From NCBI GenBank assembly GCA_044222475.1, contig JBGANF010000014.1, forward strand, positions 33,188 through 97,187: a stretch of 64,000 bases of DNA, written 5' to 3'. Below the pieces are notes generated by a model. It searched no databases, had not been told where the DNA came from, and saw only the letters and a program-made list of their open reading frames with translations. Positions 60,274 to 64,000 of this stretch are shown here, piece after piece (position 1 is the stretch's first letter; the number at the start of each line of letters is the position of its first letter). This DNA comes from Polyangiaceae bacterium. GTDB taxonomy: Bacteria > Myxococcota_A > Polyangia > Polyangiales > Polyangiaceae. The translations under genes were made by a program, and so were the position numbers.

Positions 60274-62081
60274 CGCGCGTTGGTGTCGACGATGGAGCGC
60301 GAGGGCGAGCCGAACGTCGGCATGGTGAACGCCTGGTTGAAGGTGATGATGAACTGCACCGGGCCTGCTCCGGTCGGGAGCGGGCTCGCGCTGATCGGGA
60401 TCCCCAGGTCGGCGCGGAACACGACGCGGTCGAAGTAGGGGAGGACCAACCGAATGCCGAGACCGATCGCCTGCTTCGGCGCGAGCTTGCTGAAGTCGTC
60501 GAACGCGTCGCCCACGTCGTAGAAGAGCACACCGCCAATCTGCGTCCCAAGGAGCTGGAACGGCCGGATGCGGAACTCGAGGTTCGAAGACACGATGTTC
60601 TTCCCGACGAAGTAGTTGCTCGGGTAGCCGCGGAGGCGCCCGTTGCCGCCGAGGAAGTTCGTCGTGTTGAGGTAGTTCGCGTAGCGATCGAGCACGCGGG
60701 CGCTGTAGGCGAGCCGACCGAAGCCGAGCCGTGGCGTCACGATCTCGAGCTCGCCGTCGACGTTCCCTTGGATGACGCCGCTTCCGTCGATCTCGTTCGT
60801 GGTCGACACGTCGAGTCGTGCCATCCCGTCGCCGAGGGCGACGGTGTAGCCGGCCTCGGCGTACGTCCCGAGGAACGTCCGCGACGAGCCGAGCGCGCCG
60901 AACACCGGGTAGATCCGCGCGCCGACCCAGTGTCCGAGTCGCCAGTCCTCTTGGAGGCCGAGCGTCTCGAGGTCGATCACGCGAGTGAAGCTCGTGGTGT
61001 AGCTGCGCCACTCGAGCGCCGGTCCGACGCGGTTGTCGCTCACCGGGATGCGCGTGTTCACGAAGTCCTGCACCGCGGCGGGATCCCACGCCGAGAGATC
61101 CGGCGTTCGGTACTGCTTCATCGACCCGGCGAACGAGAGGATGAAGTCGTTCTTGTACGCCCACCCGAACGAGCGCGTGACCGACGCCTCGCCGTAGGCT
61201 TGGTTGCTCCGGTACTCGAACGGGATGCCGTCCTCGTACGGGGTCTTGTCCGAGTCGAAGACGCCGAGGCGGGCGCGCGAGTAGCGCCGCGTGATCTCGT
61301 TGCGCCACTGGCCGGTGACGTTCCACGACCAGTCGGTGTGCGTCGACCACTGCGGCTGACCGACGGTGACGCCGCCGAAGGTGCCCTCCGGATCGCTCGA
61401 GCGGTTGTTGACGATCAGGTTGACGTTGGCCGTCACGCCGACGCGCGACGTGAAGATGCGCGGGATGACGTAGTACGCACCGAACGACGTAGCGAACGGG
61501 AGGTACTGGTACGTGAGCCCCGCGGTGTGGTGGATCCCGAAGAGGTTCGTCTCCGCCGGTTGGAGCACGATGCGCTCGACGCCGTTGTTGCTCAGGACGA
61601 AGTCCCACTGGAGGCGCAGGCTCCACACGTCCTTGGTGATCACCAGGATCCGAACGCGGTCGGGGGCGCTCCCTTGGATCGGCAGCACGAGCACGAGCGA
61701 GAGCTGACTCAGCCCGCGGAGGTTGCGCGCCGTCTCGTCGATCAGCGTCTGGCGGTACGGCTCGCCGGTCTTCTGGAGGACCTCGCGGGTGATGATGCGG
61801 GCCTTCGTCGTGGTGTGGAAGACGTTGAGGAACCGCGGGAGCGGATCGCGCTTCTCGAAGACCTCGAGGCGGTACGTGTCGATGTCCTCGATGGTCTTGC
61901 CTTCGGGCGTGGGATCGATCGTGACGTGGAGCTGCTTCTCGGCGTCAGCGATCGTCTCGCGCTCGTACTGCGAGTAGCCGAAGGTCTTCGTGACCGGCGC
62001 CTCGTCGGCGAGCACGGTCCGGGAGAACGCGGCACTGCCGCATGCCAGGAGGAACAGGAGAGTGCGCGGAGGGAGGCGCAT
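60270..62081 (-). CDS. BamA/TamA (Omp85) family outer membrane protein
   Basis: Signal peptide; POTRA-like region; LGGNGRLRGY, FYDVG and GLGIR motifs. Confidence 0.8.
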   Translation of the reverse strand: MRLPPRTLLFLLACGSAAFSRTVLADEAPVTKTFGYSQYERETIADAEKQLHVTIDPTPEGKTIEDIDTYRLEVFEKRDPLPRFLNVFHTTTKARIITREVLQKTGEPYRQTLIDETARNLRGLSQLSLVLVLPIQGSAPDRVRILVITKDVWSLRLQWDFVLSNNGVERIVLQPAETNLFGIHHTAGLTYQYLPFATSFGAYYVIPRIFTSRVGVTANVNLIVNNRSSDPEGTFGGVTVGQPQWSTHTDWSWNVTGQWRNEITRRYSRARLGVFDSDKTPYEDGIPFEYRSNQAYGEASVTRSFGWAYKNDFILSFAGSMKQYRTPDLSAWDPAAVQDFVNTRIPVSDNRVGPALEWRSYTTSFTRVIDLETLGLQEDWRLGHWVGARIYPVFGALGSSRTFLGTYAEAGYTVALGDGMARLDVSTTNEIDGSGVIQGNVDGELEIVTPRLGFGRLAYSARVLDRYANYLNTTNFLGGNGRLRGYPSNYFVGKNIVSSNLEFRIRPFQLLGTQIGGVLFYDVGDAFDDFSKLAPKQAIGLGIRLVLPYFDRVVFRADLGIPISASPLPTGAGPVQFIITFNQAFTMPTFGSPSRSIVDTNAR

Positions 62082-62126
62082 CGCGGCGAGCCGACACTCT
62101 TCCACAACGGCGCACGAACGTCGCGG

Positions 62127-63236
62127 TCATTCGCGCGGCCGCTCACGGCCGCGGGAAAGCCGCGCGACCGCGAGCAACGGGACCCACAGCGGAAACAGCA
62201 GCGGCAGGCAGCGCGCGAGCATCACCGCGGCGGCGAGCCCGGTGAAGCTCCGACCGTCGCGGTCGCGCACCACGAGGTGACGCGACCGCGTCAGGCCGTC
62301 GGGCGTCCACGGCTTGATCTCGAAGCGCGCGAGCCAGTCGAGCGCGCGCGCGAGGCGAGCCACCAGCGCGCTGCCGGCGTGGCTCGGATCGAACGAGATG
62401 GAGCGTGCCCGCAGATCGTGCGTCGCGAAGAGCGCGTACGCGAGGATCATGAACCACGAGAAGTAGGCGACCTTGCTGGTCGCCTCGATCGTCAGGTGGA
62501 ACATCACGCCGACCCACAGCGCCACCGGGCGCGTTCGCGGGAGCCACAGGCCGACGACGAGGAAGAGCTCGGTCGCGATCACGCCCTTCGCGAGCGCTCC
62601 CGCGACGGCCGGCTCCTGGAAGAAATGGACGAGCCTTTCGGGGACGCCTTTGGCGATCGCGTCGCCGCCGTAGCGCGTCATCCGATCGAGGAGCACGAGG
62701 CCACCGCGCCAATCGTCGTCGAGGAGCTTCGAGCCGCCGGACGCGAGGTAGACCAGCGAGAGCTGCACCATCGCGAGCCGCGCTGCCCAGAGCCGACCGC
62801 GCGCCGGTGGCTCTTCTCGATCGGTGACCAGCGACACCGACTCGTCGCATGGGCTCAGCGCGACGAGGAACGATACGCAGGCAAGCGCCCACTCGTGGTG
62901 ATGGAAGCGCAGGCGATCGCACAGGAGCCCGTACGCGAGCGCCATCGCCGATCCGGCGAGGGCAGGGCGGGCGGCGTGGCCGGTGACGACCAAGATCGCG
63001 GCGAGGATGCGCGCCCCGAGCAGCGCCGCGAAGACGGTGCTCGACGCGACGAACGCCTCGGGGAGGTACGGCATGTGGAAGCGATCGCCGAAGTAGCCGT
63101 GCGAGTGCTCGCGCGCGTCCGACACGGCTTGCCAGAAGAGGAGCAACCCGAGGCCGACGCGCACGACACCGAGCACGTGGGTGTTCCCCACGTCGTCGAG
63201 CCAACTGGCTGGCGTCCTCTTCTCGGGTTCGCTCAT
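62127..63236 (-). CDS. HTTM domain membrane protein with degenerate C-terminal DCC1-like domain
   Basis: FHHH, QLSLVYLASGGSKL..DW.GG and FH...FSW motifs. Confidence 0.78.
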   Translation of the reverse strand: MSEPEKRTPASWLDDVGNTHVLGVVRVGLGLLLFWQAVSDAREHSHGYFGDRFHMPYLPEAFVASSTVFAALLGARILAAILVVTGHAARPALAGSAMALAYGLLCDRLRFHHHEWALACVSFLVALSPCDESVSLVTDREEPPARGRLWAARLAMVQLSLVYLASGGSKLLDDDWRGGLVLLDRMTRYGGDAIAKGVPERLVHFFQEPAVAGALAKGVIATELFLVVGLWLPRTRPVALWVGVMFHLTIEATSKVAYFSWFMILAYALFATHDLRARSISFDPSHAGSALVARLARALDWLARFEIKPWTPDGLTRSRHLVVRDRDGRSFTGLAAAVMLARCLPLLFPLWVPLLAVARLSRGRERPRE

Positions 63237-63736
63237 CGAGGCACCCCGCAGCGCCGCCGCGCGCTTCGAAGGACGACCTGCTCGGGCTCGCGTCCGTTGC
63301 GTCGCACGTCGACCGTGGCTTCGAGCATGCACGTCTCGTCGTCTTCGCCGACGTGCGTCGCGACGTCGTCCAGCGCCGCTTGGATTCGCTCGAGCTGGGC
63401 CGCTTGGCCGTAGGCCGCGTGCATCGTCACGTCGAGATGGGACAGCACGGGGTCGACGACGCGATCGGTCCACGCGAACCGATGCGGAACGCCGAGCGAG
63501 TCGTGCGCGACCCACTCCTCGTTCACGACCGGCACCACCGACGTCGCGCCGGCGACGTTCACCTCGCGGTCGAGGTGGATCGAGATCGTCGTCGACTCGC
63601 TGAACATGCGAAAGCCGAACGCGCCGTCCGCGCGGCGGCCGGCCGTCCCGATGAGCGCGATCTGGCCGGCGATCCACACCAGGCCGAACGCCAGGCGCGC
63701 CGCTCCACGATCCCCGAGAGGCTTTCGTCCACCCAT
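63233..63736 (-). CDS. Hypothetical membrane-anchored partner of HTTM protein
   Basis: N-terminal TM helix; FGFRMF motif; stop overlaps HTTM start. Confidence 0.65.
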   Translation of the reverse strand: MGGRKPLGDRGAARLAFGLVWIAGQIALIGTAGRRADGAFGFRMFSESTTISIHLDREVNVAGATSVVPVVNEEWVAHDSLGVPHRFAWTDRVVDPVLSHLDVTMHAAYGQAAQLERIQAALDDVATHVGEDDETCMLEATVDVRRNGREPEQVVLRSARRRCGVPR

Positions 63737-63865
63737 CCGCCACCACCGTCGCGCCTCCGGGGCTTTCGCGCAAGGCAGCCCGCCGGATGTAAATACGTGA
63801 AAACACTTATGTCGTACATGTAAGTATGTGGTTGCATAAGAACCTACGTTGTCCCACAATGGCGC

Positions 63866-64000
63866 ATGCTCGTTCGCCGGCTCGCCCTTCCCCTGATCGC
63901 GTGTCTGATCTTTGGCGCGGGGTGCAGCGCAGCGATCGACGAAGAGCAACCCGTCGACGTGGACGAAGGACAGGATGCACTCACCGCGAACGACCAAGCG
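63866..64000 (+). CDS. Lipoprotein, 3'-truncated by window edge
   Basis: MLVRRLALPLIACLIFGAGC SAAIDEEQPVDVDEGQDALT; not in the ORF track. Confidence 0.65.
   Translation, partial: MLVRRLALPLIACLIFGAGCSAAIDEEQPVDVDEGQDALTANDQA

Noticed and set aside
1..64000. tRNA, rRNA, riboswitch, prophage or reverse-transcriptase systems
   Set aside because: No recognisable signatures by eye in the intergenic regions or ORFs. A covariance-model scan would be needed to exclude small RNAs.

Overview
High-GC chromosomal window whose gene content points to a myxobacterium (Polyangiaceae-like; inferred from the Ser/Thr kinase-PEGA pair, FHA-DUF4388 protein, many Cys-rich lipoproteins and a sigma54 activator). 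It carries about 55 genes. Housekeeping and metabolic genes include hisD, kdd, fhs, nadD, gltX, nadE, rbgA, ccmB and a pyruvoyl arginine decarboxylase. There is also a 1460-aa lipoprotein zinc metalloprotease, a frameshifted IS481 inserted into an inverted hexamer-repeat element, and a small island (Imm33-like, HUH Y1 transposase, REase-like toxin fragment, Imm70-like) fused to the 3' end of ccmB. Best novelty candidates: (1) a TPR-containing sigma54 activator directly followed by a small lipoprotein with two synonymously diverged DPDPSPW repeats and a membrane histidine kinase, suggesting a peptide-signalling module; (2) a dispersed AATTGTTAGCCG repeat family, tandem at 1.0-1.15 kb and inverted upstream of a MarR gene with a sigma54-type promoter; (3) two paralogous ATPase-less PilB-N-domain/TPR proteins that share a C-terminal PYR motif with a nearby CPBP protease. 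No rRNA, tRNA or CRISPR array was recognised. All family calls come from motif recognition by eye, not database searches.
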